Below, one piece after another: positions 30,901 to 46,600 of a DNA stretch of 64,000 bases. The DNA is from Eledone cirrhosa (taxonomy: Eukaryota), in the NCBI GenBank assembly GCA_964016885.1, contig OZ024740.1, positions 10,354,001 to 10,418,000 of the forward strand, read 5' to 3'. The position numbers and the translations under genes are program-made. The first letter of the stretch is position 1; every line of letters begins with the position of its first letter. The notes under the pieces were generated by a model. The model was not told the DNA's origin and did not search any database. It saw only the letters and a list, made by a program, of their open reading frames with translations.

Positions 30901-33900
30901 TGACTCTCTACCGATACTGCCAATCCACCACCCTAGCATGGTGTCCCACCCTCTACCGATACTGCCAATCCACCACCCTAGCATGGTGTCCCACCCTCTA
31001 CCGATACTGCCAATCCACCACCCTAGCATGGTGTCAGACCCTCTACCGATACTGACAATCCACCACCCTAGCATGGTGTCCCACCCTCTACCGATACTGC
31101 CAATCCACCACCCTAGCATGGTGTCAGACCCTCTACCGATACTGCCATTCCACCACCCTAGCGTGGTGTCAGACCCTCTACCGATACTTCCAATCCACCA
31201 CCCTAACATGGTGTCCTACCCTCTACCGATACTGCCAATCCACCACCCTAGCATGGTCTCCCACCCTCTACCGATACTGCCAATCCACCACCCTAGCATG
31301 GTATCAGACCCTCTACCGACACTGCCAATCCACCACCCTAGCATGGTGTCCCACCCTCTACCGATACTGCCAATCCACCACCCTAGCATGTTGTCAGACC
31401 CTCTACCGATACTGCCAATCCACCACCCTAGCATGGTGTCCCACCCTCTACCGATACTGCCAATCAACCACCCTAGCATGGTGTCCCACCCTCTACCGAT
31501 ACTGCCAATCCACCACCCTAGCATGGTGTCAGACCCTCTACCGATACTGCCAATCCACCACCCTAGCATGGTGTCCCACCCTCTACCGATACTGCCAATC
31601 AACCACCCTAGCATGGTGTCCCACCCTCTACCGATACTGCCAATCCACCACCCTAGCATGTTGTCAGACCCTCTACCGATACTGCCAATCCACCACCCTA
31701 GCATGGTGTCCCACCCTCTACCGATACTGCCAATCAACCACCCTAGCATGGTGTCCCACCCTCTACCGATACTGCCAATCCACCACCCTAGCATGGTGTC
31801 CGACCCTCTACCGATACTGCGAATCCACCACCCTAGCATGGTGTCAGACCCTCTACCGATACTGCCAATCCACCACCCTAGCATGGTGTCCCACCCTCTA
31901 CCGATACTGCCAATCCACCACACTAGCATGGTGTCAGACCCTCTATCGATACTGCCAATCCACCACCCTAGCATGGTGTCCGACCCTCTACCGATACTGC
32001 CAATCCACCACCCTAGCATGGTGTCCGACCCTCTACCGATACTGCCAATCCACCACACTAGCATGGTGTCAGACCCTCTACCGATACTGTCAATCCACCA
32101 CCCTAACATGGTGTCAGACCCTCTACCGACACTGCAAATCCACCACCCTAGCATGGTGTCCCACCCTCTACCGATACTGCCAATCCACCACCCTTGCATG
32201 GTGTCAGACCCTCTACCGATACTGCCAATCCACCACCCTAGCATGGTGTCCCACCCTCTACCGATACTGCCAATCCACCACCCTAGCATGGTGTCAGGCC
32301 CTCTACCGATACTGCCAATCCACCACCCTAGCATGGTGTCCCACCCTCTACCGATACTGCCAATCCACCACCCTACCATGGTGTCAGACCCTCTACCGAT
32401 ACTGCCAATCCACCACCCTAGCATGGTGTCCCACCCTCTACCGATACTGCCAATCCACCACACAAGCATGTTGTCCCACACTCTACCGATACTGCCAATC
32501 CACCGCCCTAGCATGGTGTCTGATTCTCTACCGATACTGCCAATTCACCACCCTAGCATGGTGTCCCACCCTCTACCGATACTGCCAATCAACCACCCTA
32601 GCATGGTGTCCAACCCTCTACCGATACTGCCAATCCACCACCCTAGCATGGTGTCAGACGCTCTACCGATACTGCCAATCCACCACCCTAGCATGGTGTC
32701 CCACCCTCTACCGATACTGCCAATCCACCACCCTAGCGTGGTGTCCCACCCTCTACCGATACTGCCAATCCACCACCCTAGCATGGTGTCAGACGCTCTA
32801 CCGATACTGCCAATCCACCACCCTAGCATGGTGTCCCACCCTCTACCGATACTGCCAATCCACCACCCTAGCATGGTGTCAGACCCTCTACCGATACTGC
32901 CAATCCACCACCCTAGCATGGTGTCAGACCCTCTACTGATACTGCCAATCCACCACCCTAGCATGGTGTCCCACCCTCTACCGATACTGCCAATCCACCA
33001 CCCTAGCATGGTGTCAGACCCTATACCGATACTGCCAATCCGCAAGCCTAGCATGGTGTCAGACCCTCTACCGATACTGCCAATCCACCGCCCTAGCATG
33101 GTGTCAGACCCTCTACCGATACTGCCAATCCACCACCCTAGCATGGTGTCCCACCCTCTACCGATACTGCCAATCCACCACCCTAGCATGGTGTTCCACC
33201 CTCTACCGATACTGCCAATCCACCGCCCTAGCATGGTGTCCGACCCTCTACCGATACTGCCAATCCACCACCCTAGCATGGTGTCAGACCCTCTACCGAT
33301 ACTGCCAATCCACCACCCTAGCATGGTGTCCCACCCTCTACCGATACTGCCAATCCACCACCCTAGCATGGTGTTCCACCCTCTACCGATACTGCCAATC
33401 CACCGCCCTAGCATGGTGTCCGACCCTCTACCGATACTGCCAATCCACCACGCTAGCATGGTCTCCCACCCTCTACCGATACTGCCAATCCACCACCCTA
33501 GCATGGTGTCCCACCCTCTACCGATACTGCCAATCCACCACCCTAGCATGGTGTCCCACCCTCTACCGATACTGCCAATCAACCACCCTAGCATGGTGTC
33601 CAACCCTCTACCGATACTGCCAATCCACCACCCTAGCATGGTGTCAGACGCTCTACCGATACTGCCAATCCACCGCCCTAGCATGGTGTCAGACCCTCTA
33701 CCGATACTGCCAATCCACCACCCTAGCATGGTGTCCCATCCTCTACCGATACTGCCAATCCACCACCCTAGCATGGTGTCCCCCCCTCTACCGATACTGC
33801 CAATCCACCGCCCTAGCATGGTGTCAGACCCTCTACCGATACTGCCAATCCACCACCCTAGCATGGTGTCCCACCCTCTACCGATACTGCCAATCCACCA

Positions 33901-35842
33901 CACTAGCATGGTGTTCCACCCTCTACCGATACTGCCAATCCACCGCCCTAGCATGGTGTCTGACCCTCTACCGATATTGCCAATCCACCACCCTAGCATG
34001 GTGTCAGACCCTCTACCGATACTGCCAATCCACCACCCTAGCATGGTGTCCCACCCTCTACCGATACTGCCAATCAACCACCCTTGCATGGTGTCCAACC
34101 CTCTACCGATACTGCCAATCCACCACCCTAGCATGGTGTCAGACGCTCTACCGATACTGCCAATCCACCACCCTAGCATGGTGTCCCACCCTCTACCGAT
34201 ACTGCCAATCCACCACCCTAGCATGGTGTCAGACGCTCTACCGATACTGCCAATCCACCACCCTAGCATGGTGTCAGACCCTCTACCGATACTGCCAATC
34301 CACCACCCTAGCATGGTGTCCCACCCTCTACCGATACTGCCAATCCACCACCCTAGCATGGTGTCAGACGCTCTACCGATACTGCCAATCCACCACCCTA
34401 GCATGGTGTCAGACCCTCTACCGATACTGCCAATCCACCACCCTAGCATGGTGTCCCACCCTCTACCGATACTGCCAATCCACCACCCTAACATGGTGTC
34501 AGACCCTCTACCGACACTGCAAATCCACCACCCTAGCATGGTGTCCCACCCTCTACCGATACTGCCAATCAACCACCCTAGCATGGTGTCCCACCCTCTA
34601 CCGATACTGCCAATCCACCACCCTAGCATGGTGTCAGACGCTCTACCGATACTGCCAATCCACCACCCTAGCATGGTGTCAGACGCTCTACCGATACTGC
34701 CAATCCACCACCCTAGCATAGTGTTCCACCCTCTACCGATACTGCCAATCCACCACCCTAGCATGGTGTCCCACCCTCTACCGATACTGCCAATCCACCA
34801 CACTAGCATGGTGTCAGACCCTCTACCGACACTGCAAATCCACCACCCTAGCATGGTGTCCCACCCTCTACCGATACTGCCAATCCACCACCCTAGCATG
34901 GTGTCAGACCCTCTACCGATACTGCCAATCCACCGCCCTAGCATGGTGTCCGACTCTCTACCGATACTGCCAATCCACCACCCTAGCATGGTGTCCGACC
35001 CTCTACCGATACTGCCAATCCACCACCCTAGCATGGTGTCAGACCCTCTACCGATGCTGCCAATCCACCACCCTAGCATGGTGTCAGACCCTCTACCGAT
35101 ACTGCCAATCCACCACCCTAGCATGGTGTCAGACCCTCTACCGATACTGCCAATCCACCACCCTAGCATGGTGTCAGACCCTCTACCGATACTGCCAATC
35201 CACCACCCTAGCATGGTGTCAGACCCTCTACCGATACTGCCAATCCACCACCCTAGCATGGTGTCAGACCCTCTACCGATACTGCCATTCCACCACCCTA
35301 GCATGGTGTCCCACCCTCTACCGATACTGCCAATCCACCACCCTAGCATGGTGTCAGACCCTCTACCGATACTGACAATCCACCACCCTAGCATGGTGTC
35401 AGACCCTCTACCGATACTGCCAATCCACCGCCCTAGCATGGTGTCTGACTCTCTACCGATACTGCCAATCCACCACCCTAGCATGGTGTCCCACCCTCTA
35501 CCGATACTGCCAATCCAGCACCCTAGCATGGTGTCCCACCCTCTACCGATACTGCCAATCTAACACCCTAGCATGGCGTCCGTCCCTCTACCGATACTGC
35601 CAATCCACCACTCTAGCATGGTGTCAGACCCTCTTCCGATACTGACAATCCACCACCCTAGCATGGTGTCCCACCCTCTACCGATACTGCCAATCTAACA
35701 CCCTAGCATGGCGTCCGTCCCTCTACCGATACTGCCAATCCACCACCCTAGCATGGTGTCAGACCCTCTACCGATACTGCCGATCCAGCACCCTAGCATG
35801 GTTTCCCACCCTCTACCGATACTGCCAATCCACCACCCTAGC
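16406..35842 (+). repeat. Large tandem duplication: copy 1 16406-26213 (9808 bp), copy 2 26214-35842 (9629 bp)
   Basis: The order of rare variants is nearly identical over more than 200 monomers. Examples: the atgatgaccc cluster, deletion gtccaccctc (~20373/~30046), ctgcgaatc, tcaggccc, cctataccg..cgcaagcc and the TAA pair (25932/35561). Several ORF pairs are identical at an offset of 9673. Confidence 0.93.
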
Positions 35843-36067
35843 ATGGTGTCCGACCCTCTACCGATACTGCCAATCCACCACCCTAGCATGGTGTCAGACC
35901 CTCTACCGATACTGCCAATCCACCACCCTAGCATGGTGTCAGACCCTCTACCGATACTGCCAATCCACCACCCTAGCATGGTGTCAGACCCTCTACCGAT
36001 ACTGCCGATCCAGCACCCTAGCATGGTTTCCCACCCTCTACCGATACTGCCAATCCACCACCCTAGC

Positions 36068-37597
36068 ATGGTGTCCGACCCTCTACCGATACTGCCAATC
36101 CACCACCCTAGCATGGTGTCCGACCCTCTACCGATACTGCCAATCCACCACCCTAGCATGGTGTCCCACCCTCTACCGATACTGCCAATCCACCACCCTA
36201 GCATGGTGTCAGACCCTCTACCGATACTGCCAATCCACCACCCTAGCATGGTGTCCCGCCCTCTACCGATACTGCCAATCCACCACCCTAGCATGGTGTC
36301 AGACCCTCTACCGATACTGCCAATCCACCACCCTAGCATGGTGTTCCACCCTCTACCGATACTGCCAATCCACCACCCAAGCATGGTGTCCCACCCTCTA
36401 CCGATACTGCCAATCCACCACCCTAGCATGGTGTCCCACCCTCTACCGATACTGCCAATCCACCACCCTAGCATGGTGTCCCGCCCTCTACCGATACTGC
36501 CAATCCACCACCCTAGCATGGTGTTCCACCCTCTACCGATACTGCCAATCCACCACCCTAGCATGGTGTCAGACCCTCTACCGATACTGCCAATCCACCA
36601 CCCTAGCATGGTGTCCCGCCCTCTACCGATACTGCCAATCCACCACCCTAGCATGGTGTTCCACCCTCTACCGATACTGCCAATCCACCACCCTAGCATG
36701 GTGTCACACCCTCTACCGATACTGCCAATCCACCACCCTAGCATGGTGTCCCACCCTCTACCGATACTGCCAATCCACCACCCTAGCATGGTGTCAGACG
36801 CTCTACCGATACTGCCAATCCACCGCCCTAGCATGGTGTCCGACCCTCTACCGATACTGCCAATCCACCACCCTAGCATGGTGTCCGACCCTCTACCGAT
36901 ACTGCCAATCCACCACCCTAGCATGGTGTCCCACCCTCTACCGATACTGCCAATCCACCACCCTAGCATGGTGTCAGACCCTCTACCGATACTGCCAATC
37001 CACCACCCTAGCATGGTGTCCCGCCCTCTACCGATACTGCCAATCCACCACCCTAGCATGGTGTCAGACCCTCTACCGATACTGCCAATCCACCACCCTA
37101 GCATGGTGTTCCACCCTCTACCGATACTGCCAATCCACCACCCAAGCATGGTGTCCCACCCTCTACCGATACTGCCAATCCACCACCCTAGCATGGTGTC
37201 CCACCCTCTACCGATACTGCCAATCCACCACCCTAGCATGGTGTCCCGCCCTCTACCGATACTGCCAATCCACCACCCTAGCATGGTGTTCCACCCTCTA
37301 CCGATACTGCCAATCCACCACCCTAGCATGGTGTCAGACCCTCTACCGATACTGCCAATCCACCACCCTAGCATGGTGTCCCGCCCTCTACCGATACTGC
37401 CAATCCACCACCCTAGCATGGTGTTCCACCCTCTACCGATACTGCCAATCCACCACCCTAGCATGGTGTCACACCCTCTACCGATACTGCCAATCCACCA
37501 CCCTAGCATGGTGTCCCACCCTCTACCGATACTGCCAATCCACCACCCTAGCATGGTGTCAGACGCTCTACCGATACTGCCAATCCACCGCCCTAGC
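36068..37597 (+). repeat. 17-monomer (765 bp) tandem duplication
   Basis: An identical series of tcccgcc, gtgttccac, cccaagc, tcacac and cagacgct variants occurs at 36068-36832 and 36833-37597. Confidence 0.88.
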
Positions 37598-38047
37598 ATG
37601 GTGTCAGACCCTCTACCGATACTGCCAATCCACCACCCTAGCATGGTGTCCCATCCTCTACCGATACTGCCAATCCACCACCCTAGCATGGTGTTCCACC
37701 CTCTACCGATACTGCCAATCCACCGCCCTAGCATGGTGTCTGACCCTCTACCGATATTGCCAATCCACCACCCTAGCATGGTGTCAGACCCTCTACCGAT
37801 ACTGCCAATCCACCACCCTAGCATGGTGTCCCACCCTCTACCGATACTGCCAATCAACCACCCTAGCATGGTGTCCAATCCTCTACCGATACTGCCAATC
37901 CACCACCCTAGCATGGTGTCAGACGCTCTACCGATACTGCCAATCCACCACCCTAGCATGGTGTCCCACCCTCTACCGATACTGCCAATCCACCACCCTA
38001 GCATGGTGTCAGACGCTCTACCGATACTGCCAATCCACCACCCTAGC

Positions 38048-41000
38048 ATGGTGTCAGACCCTCTACCGATACTGCCAATCCACCACCCTAGCATGGTGTC
38101 CCACCCTCTACCGATACTGCCAATCCACCACCCTAGCATGGTGTCAGACGCTCTACCGATACTGCCAATCCACCACCCTAGCATGGTGTCAGACCCTCTA
38201 CCGATACTGCCAATCCACCACCCTAGCATGGTGTCCCACCCTCTACCGATACTGCCAATCCACCACCCTAACATGGTGTCAGACCCTCTACCGACACTGC
38301 AAATCCACCACCCTAGCATGGTGTCCCACCCTCTACCGATACTGCCAATCCACCACCCTTGCATGGTGTCAGACCCTCTACCGATACTGCCAATCCACCA
38401 CCCTAGCATGGTGTCCGACCCTCTACCGATACTGCCAATCCACCACCCTAGCATGGTGTCCCACCCTCTACCGATACTGCCAATCCACCACCCTTGCATG
38501 GTGTCCCACCCTCTACCGACACTGCAAATCCACCACCCTAGCATGGTGTCCCACCCTCTACCGATACTGCCAATCCACCACCCTAGCATAGTGTCCCACC
38601 CTCTACCGATACTGCCAATCCACCACCCTAGCATGGTGTCCCACCCTCTACCGATACTGCCAATCCACCACACTAGCATGGTGTCAGATCCTCTACCGAT
38701 ACTGCCAATCCACCACCATAGCATGGTGTCCGACCCTCTACCGATACTGCCAATCCACCACCCTAGCATGGTGTCCGACCCTCTACCGATACTGCCAATC
38801 CACCACCCTAGCATGGTGTCAGACCCTCTACCGATACTGCCAATCCACCACCCTAACATGGTGTCAGACCCTCTACCGACACTGCAAATCCACCACCCTA
38901 GCATGGTGTCCCACCCTCTACCGATACTGCCAATCCACCACCCTAGCATGGTGTCAGACCCTCTACCGATACTGCCAATCCACCGCCCTAGCATGGTGTC
39001 CGACTCTCTACCGATACTGCCAATCCACCACCCTAGCATGGTGTCCGACCCTCTACCGATACTGCCAATCCACCACCCTAGCATGGTGTCAGACCCTCTA
39101 CCGATACTGCCAATCCACCACCCTAGCATGGTGTCAGACCCTCTACCGATACTGCCAATCCACCACCCTAGCATGGTGTCAGACCCTCTACCGATACTGC
39201 CAATCCACCACCCTAGCATGGTGTCAGACCCTCTATCGATACTGCCAATCCACCACCCTAGCATGGTGTCAGACCCTCTACCGATACTGCCAATCCACCA
39301 CCCTAGCATGGTGTCAGACCCTCTACCGATACTGCCAATCCACCACCCTAGCATGGTGTCAGACCCTCTACCGATACTGCCAATCCACCACCCTAGCATG
39401 GTGTCAGACCCTCTACCGATACTGCCATTCCACCACCCTAGCATGGTGTCCCACCCTCTACCGATACTGCCAATCCACCACCCTAGCATGGTGTCAGACC
39501 CTCTACCGATACTGACAATCCTCCACCCTAGCATGGTGTCAGACCCTCTACCGATACTGCCAATCCACCGCCCTAGCATGGTGTCTGACTCTCTACCGAT
39601 ACTGCCAATCCACCACCCTAGCATGGTGTCCCACCCTCTACCGATACTGCCAATCCAGCACCCTAGCATGGTGTCCCACCCTCTACCGATACTGCCGATC
39701 CACCACCCTAGCATGGTGTCCCACCCTCTACCGATACTGCCAATCTAACTCCCTAGCATGGCGTCCGTCCCTCTACCGATACTGCCAATCCACCACCCTA
39801 GCATGGTGTCAGACCCTCTACCGATACTGCCAATCCACCACCCTAGCATGGTGTCCCACCCTCTACCGATACTGCCAATCTAACACCCTAGCATGGCGTC
39901 CGTCCCTCTACCGATACTGCCAATCCACAACCCTAGCATGGTGTCAGACCCTCTACCGATACTGCCGATCCAGCACCCTAGCATGGTTTCCCACCCTCTA
40001 CCGATACTGCCAATCCACCACCCTAGCATGGTGTCCGACCCTCTACCGATACTGCCAATCCACCACCCTAGCATGGTGTCAGACCCTCTACCGATACTGC
40101 CAATACACCACCCTAGCATGGTGTCAGAACCTCTACCGATACTGCCAATCCACCACCCTAGCATGGTGTCAGACCCTCTATCGATACTGCCGATCCAGCA
40201 CCCTAGCATGGTTTCCCACCCTCTACCGATACTGCAAATCCACCACCCTAGCATGGTGTCCGACCCTCTACCGATACTGCCAATCCACCACCCTAGCATG
40301 GTGTCCGACCCTCTACCGATACTGCCAATCCACCACCCTAGCATGGTGTCCCACCCTCTACCGATACTGCCAATCCACCACCCTAGCATGGTGTCAGACC
40401 CTCTACCGATACTGCCAATCCACCACCCTAGCATGGTGTCCCGCCCTCTACCGATACTGCCAATCCACCACCCTAGCATGGTGTTCCACCCTCTACCGAT
40501 ACTGCCAATCCACCACCCTAGCATGGTGTCAGACCCTCTACCGATACTGCCAATCCACCACCCTAGCATGGTGTCAGACCCTCTACCGATACTGCCAATC
40601 CACCACCCTAGCATGGTGTCCCGCCCTCTACCGATACTGCCAATCCACCACCCTAGCATGGTGTTCCACCCTCTACCGATACTGCCAATCCACCACCCTA
40701 GCATGGTGTCAGACCCTCTACCGATACTGCCAATCCACCACCCTAGCATGGTGTCCCGCCCTCTACCGATACTGCCAATCCACCACCCTAGCATGGTGTT
40801 CCACCCTCTACCGATACTGCCAATCCACCACCCTAGCATGGTGTCAGACCCTCTACCGATACTGCCAATCCACCACCCTAGCATGGTGTCCCACCCTCTA
40901 CCGATACTGCCAATCCACCACCCTAGCATGGTGTCAGACGCTCTACCGATACTGCCAATCCACCACCCTAGCATGGTGTCAGACCCTCTACCGATACTGC

Positions 41001-43627
41001 CAATCCACCACCCTAGCATGGTGTCCCACCCTCTACCGATACTGCCAATCCACCACCCTAACATGGTGTCAGACCCTCTACCGACACTGCAAATCCACCA
41101 CCCTAGCATGGTGTCCCACCCTCTACCGATACTGCCAATCCACCACCCTTGCATGGTGTCAGACCCTCTACCGATACTGCCAATCCACCACCCTAGCATG
41201 GTGTCCGACCCTCTACCGATACTGCCAATCCACCACCCTAGCATGGTGTCCCACCCTCTACCGATACTGCCAATCCACCACCCTTGCATGGTGTCCCACC
41301 CTCTACCGACACTGCAAATCCACCACCCTAGCATGGTGTCCCACCCTCTACCGATACTGCCAATCCACCACCCTAGCATAGTGTCCCACCCTCTACCGAT
41401 ACTGCCAATCCACCACCCTAGCATGGTGTCCCACCCTCTACCGATACTGCCAATCCACCACACTAGCATGGTGTCAGATCCTCTACCGATACTGCCAATC
41501 CACCACCATAGCATGGTGTCCGACCCTCTACCGATACTGCCAATCCACCACCCTAGCATGGTGTCCGACCCTCTACCGATACTGCCAATCCACCACCCTA
41601 GCATGGTGTCAGACCCTCTACCGATACTGCCAATCCACCACCCTAACATGGTGTCAGACCCTCTACCGACACTGCAAATCCACCACCCTAGCATGGTGTC
41701 CCACCCTCTACCGATACTGCCAATCCACCACCCTAGCATGGTGTCAGACCCTCTACCGATACTGCCAATCCACCGCCCTAGCATGGTGTCCGACTCTCTA
41801 CCGATACTGCCAATCCACCACCCTAGCATGGTGTCCGACCCTCTACCGATACTGCCAATCCACCACCCTAGCATGGTGTCAGACCCTCTACCGATACTGC
41901 CAATCCACCACCCTAGCATGGTGTCAGACCCTCTACCGATACTGCCAATCCACCACCCTAGCATGGTGTCAGACCCTCTACCGATACTGCCAATCCACCA
42001 CCCTAGCATGGTGTCAGACCCTCTATCGATACTGCCAATCCACCACCCTAGCATGGTGTCAGACCCTCTACCGATACTGCCAATCCACCACCCTAGCATG
42101 GTGTCAGACCCTCTACCGATACTGCCAATCCACCACCCTAGCATGGTGTCAGACCCTCTACCGATACTGCCAATCCACCACCCTAGCATGGTGTCAGACC
42201 CTCTACCGATACTGCCATTCCACCACCCTAGCATGGTGTCCCACCCTCTACCGATACTGCCAATCCACCACCCTAGCATGGTGTCAGACCCTCTACCGAT
42301 ACTGACAATCCTCCACCCTAGCATGGTGTCAGACCCTCTACCGATACTGCCAATCCACCGCCCTAGCATGGTGTCTGACTCTCTACCGATACTGCCAATC
42401 CACCACCCTAGCATGGTGTCCCACCCTCTACCGATACTGCCAATCCAGCACCCTAGCATGGTGTCCCACCCTCTACCGATACTGCCGATCCACCACCCTA
42501 GCATGGTGTCCCACCCTCTACCGATACTGCCAATCTAACTCCCTAGCATGGCGTCCGTCCCTCTACCGATACTGCCAATCCACCACCCTAGCATGGTGTC
42601 AGACCCTCTACCGATACTGCCAATCCACCACCCTAGCATGGTGTCCCACCCTCTACCGATACTGCCAATCTAACACCCTAGCATGGCGTCCGTCCCTCTA
42701 CCGATACTGCCAATCCACAACCCTAGCATGGTGTCAGACCCTCTACCGATACTGCCGATCCAGCACCCTAGCATGGTTTCCCACCCTCTACCGATACTGC
42801 CAATCCACCACCCTAGCATGGTGTCCGACCCTCTACCGATACTGCCAATCCACCACCCTAGCATGGTGTCAGACCCTCTACCGATACTGCCAATACACCA
42901 CCCTAGCATGGTGTCAGAACCTCTACCGATACTGCCAATCCACCACCCTAGCATGGTGTCAGACCCTCTATCGATACTGCCGATCCAGCACCCTAGCATG
43001 GTTTCCCACCCTCTACCGATACTGCAAATCCACCACCCTAGCATGGTGTCCGACCCTCTACCGATACTGCCAATCCACCACCCTAGCATGGTGTCCGACC
43101 CTCTACCGATACTGCCAATCCACCACCCTAGCATGGTGTCCCACCCTCTACCGATACTGCCAATCCACCACCCTAGCATGGTGTCAGACCCTCTACCGAT
43201 ACTGCCAATCCACCACCCTAGCATGGTGTCCCGCCCTCTACCGATACTGCCAATCCACCACCCTAGCATGGTGTTCCACCCTCTACCGATACTGCCAATC
43301 CACCACCCTAGCATGGTGTCAGACCCTCTACCGATACTGCCAATCCACCACCCTAGCATGGTGTCAGACCCTCTACCGATACTGCCAATCCACCACCCTA
43401 GCATGGTGTCCCGCCCTCTACCGATACTGCCAATCCACCACCCTAGCATGGTGTTCCACCCTCTACCGATACTGCCAATCCACCACCCTAGCATGGTGTC
43501 AGACCCTCTACCGATACTGCCAATCCACCACCCTAGCATGGTGTCCCGCCCTCTACCGATACTGCCAATCCACCACCCTAGCATGGTGTTCCACCCTCTA
43601 CCGATACTGCCAATCCACCACCCTAGC
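38048..43627 (+). repeat. 62-monomer (2790 bp) near-perfect tandem duplication
   Basis: The variant atctaactccc occurs only at ~39746 and ~42536. Other shared markers at an offset of 2790 are cagatcc..caccatagc, ctatcgat, atcctccacc and cagaacc. Related blocks continue to ~48.4 kb. Confidence 0.9.
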
Positions 43628-46600
43628 ATGGTGTCAGACCCTCTACCGATACTGCCAATCCACCACCCTAGCATGGTGTCCCACCCTCTACCGATACTGC
43701 CAATCCACCACCCTAGCATGGTGTCAGACGCTCTACCGATACTGCCAATCCACCGCCCTAGCATGGTGTCAGACCCTCTACCGATACTGCCAATCCACCA
43801 CCCTAGCATGGTGTCCCATCCTCTACCGATACTGCCAATCCACCACCCTAGCATGGTGTTCCACCCTCTACCGATACTGCCAATCCACCGCCCTAGCATG
43901 GTGTCTGACCCTCTACCGATATTGCCAATCCACCACCCTAGCATGGTGTCAGACCCTCTACCGATACTGCCAATCCACCACCCTAGCATGGTGTCCCACC
44001 CTCTACCGATACTGCCAATCAACCACCCTAGCATGGTGTCCAACCCTCTACCGATACTGCCAATCCACCACCCTAGCATGGTGTCAGACGCTCTACCGAT
44101 ACTGCCAATCCACCACCCTAGCATGGTGTCCCACCCTCTACCGATACTGCCAATCCACCACCCTAGCATGGTGTCAGACGCTCTACCGATACTGCCAATC
44201 CACCACCCTAGCATGGTGTCAGACCCTCTACCGATACTGCCAATCCACCACCCTAGCATGGTGTCCCACCCTCTACCGATACTGCCAATCCACCACCCTA
44301 GCATGGTGTCAGACGCTCTACCGATACTGCCAATCCACCACCCTAGCATGGTGTCAGACCCTCTACCGATACTGCCAATCCACCACCCTAGCATGGTGTC
44401 CCACCCTCTACCGATACTGCCAATCCACCACCCTAACATGGTGTCAGACCCTCTACCGACACTGCAAATCCACCACCCTAGCATGGTGTCCCACCCTCTA
44501 CCGATACTGCCAATCCACCACCCTTGCATGGTGTCAGACCCTCTACCGATACTGCCAATCCACCACCCTAGCATGGTGTCCGACCCTCTACCGATACTGC
44601 CAATCCACCACCCTAGCATGGTGTCCCACCCTCTACCGATACTGCCAATCCACCACCCTTGCATGGTGTCCCACCCTCTACCGACACTGCAAATCCACCA
44701 CCCTAGCATGGTGTCCCACCCTCTACCGATACTGCCAATCCACCACCCTAGCATAGTGTCCCACCCTCTACCGATACTGCCAATCCACCACCCTAGCATG
44801 GTGTCCCACCCTCTACCGATACTGCCAATCCACCACACTAGCATGGTGTCAGATCCTCTACCGATACTGCCAATCCACCACCATAGCATGGTGTCCGACC
44901 CTCTACCGATACTGCCAATCCACCACCCTAGCATGGTGTCCGACCCTCTACCGATACTGCCAATCCACCACCCTAGCATGGTGTCAGACCCTCTACCGAT
45001 ACTGCCAATCCACCACCCTAACATGGTGTCAGACCCTCTACCGACACTGCAAATCCACCACCCTAGCATGGTGTCCCACCCTCTACCGATACTGCCAATC
45101 CACCACCCTAGCATGGTGTCAGACCCTCTACCGATACTGCCAATCCACCGCCCTAGCATGGTGTCCGACTCTCTACCGATACTGCCAATCCACCACCCTA
45201 GCATGGTGTCCGACCCTCTACCGATACTGCCAATCCACCACCCTAGCATGGTGTCAGACCCTCTACCGATACTGCCAATCCACCACCCTAGCATGGTGTC
45301 AGACCCTCTACCGATACTGCCAATCCACCACCCTAGCATGGTGTCAGACCCTCTACCGATACTGCCAATCCACCACCCTAGCATGGTGTCAGACCCTCTA
45401 CCGATACTGCCAATCCACCACCCTAGCATGGTGTCAGACCCTCTACCGATACTGCCAATCCACCACCCTAGCATGGTGTCAGACCCTCTACCGATACTGC
45501 CATTCCACCACCCTAGCATGGTGTCCCACCCTCTACCGATACTGCCAATCCACCACCCTAGCATGGTGTCAGACCCTCTACCGATACTGACAATCCTCCA
45601 CCCTAGCATGGTGTCAGACCCTCTACCGATACTGCCAATCCACCGCCCTAGCATGGTGTCTGACTCTCTACCGATACTGCCAATCCACCACCCTAGCATG
45701 GTGTCCCACCCTCTACCGATACTGCCAATCAACCACCCTAGCATGGTGTCCCACCCTCTACCGATACTGCCAATCCACCACCCTAGCATGGTGTCCCACC
45801 CTCTACCGATACTGCCAATCAACCACCCTAGCATGGTGTACCACCCTCTACCGATACTGCCAATCCACCAACCTAGCATGGTGTCCGACCCTCTACCGAT
45901 ACTACCAATCCACCACCCTAGCATGGTGTCCCACCCTCTACCGATACTACCAATCCACCACCCTAGCATGGTGTCAGACCCTCTACCGATACTGCCAATC
46001 CACCACCCTAGCATGATGTCCGACCCTCTACCGATACTACCAATCCACCACCCTAGCATGGTGTCAGACCCTCTACCGATACTGCCAATCCACCACCCTA
46101 GCATGGTGTCCCACCCTCTACCGATACTGCCAATCCACCACCCTAGCATGGTGTCCCACCCTCTACCGATACTACCAATCCACCACCCTAGCATGGTGTC
46201 AGACCCTCTACCGATACTGCCAATCCACCACCCTAGCATGATGTCCGACCCTCTACCGATACTACCAATCCACCACCCTAGCATGGTGTCAGACCCTCTA
46301 CCGATACTGCCAATCCACCACCCTAGCATGATGTCCGACCCTCTACCGATACTACCAATCCACCACCCTAGCATGGTGTCAGACCCTCTACCGATACTGC
46401 CAATCCACCACCCTAGCATGGTGTCCGACCCTCTACCGATACTACCAATCCACCACCCTAGCATGGTGTCAGACCCTCTACCGATACTGCCAATCCACCA
46501 CCCTAGCATGGTGTCAGACGCTCTACCGATACTGCCAATCCACCACCCTAGCATGGTGTCAGACGCTCTACCGATACTGCCAATCCACCACCCTAGCATG

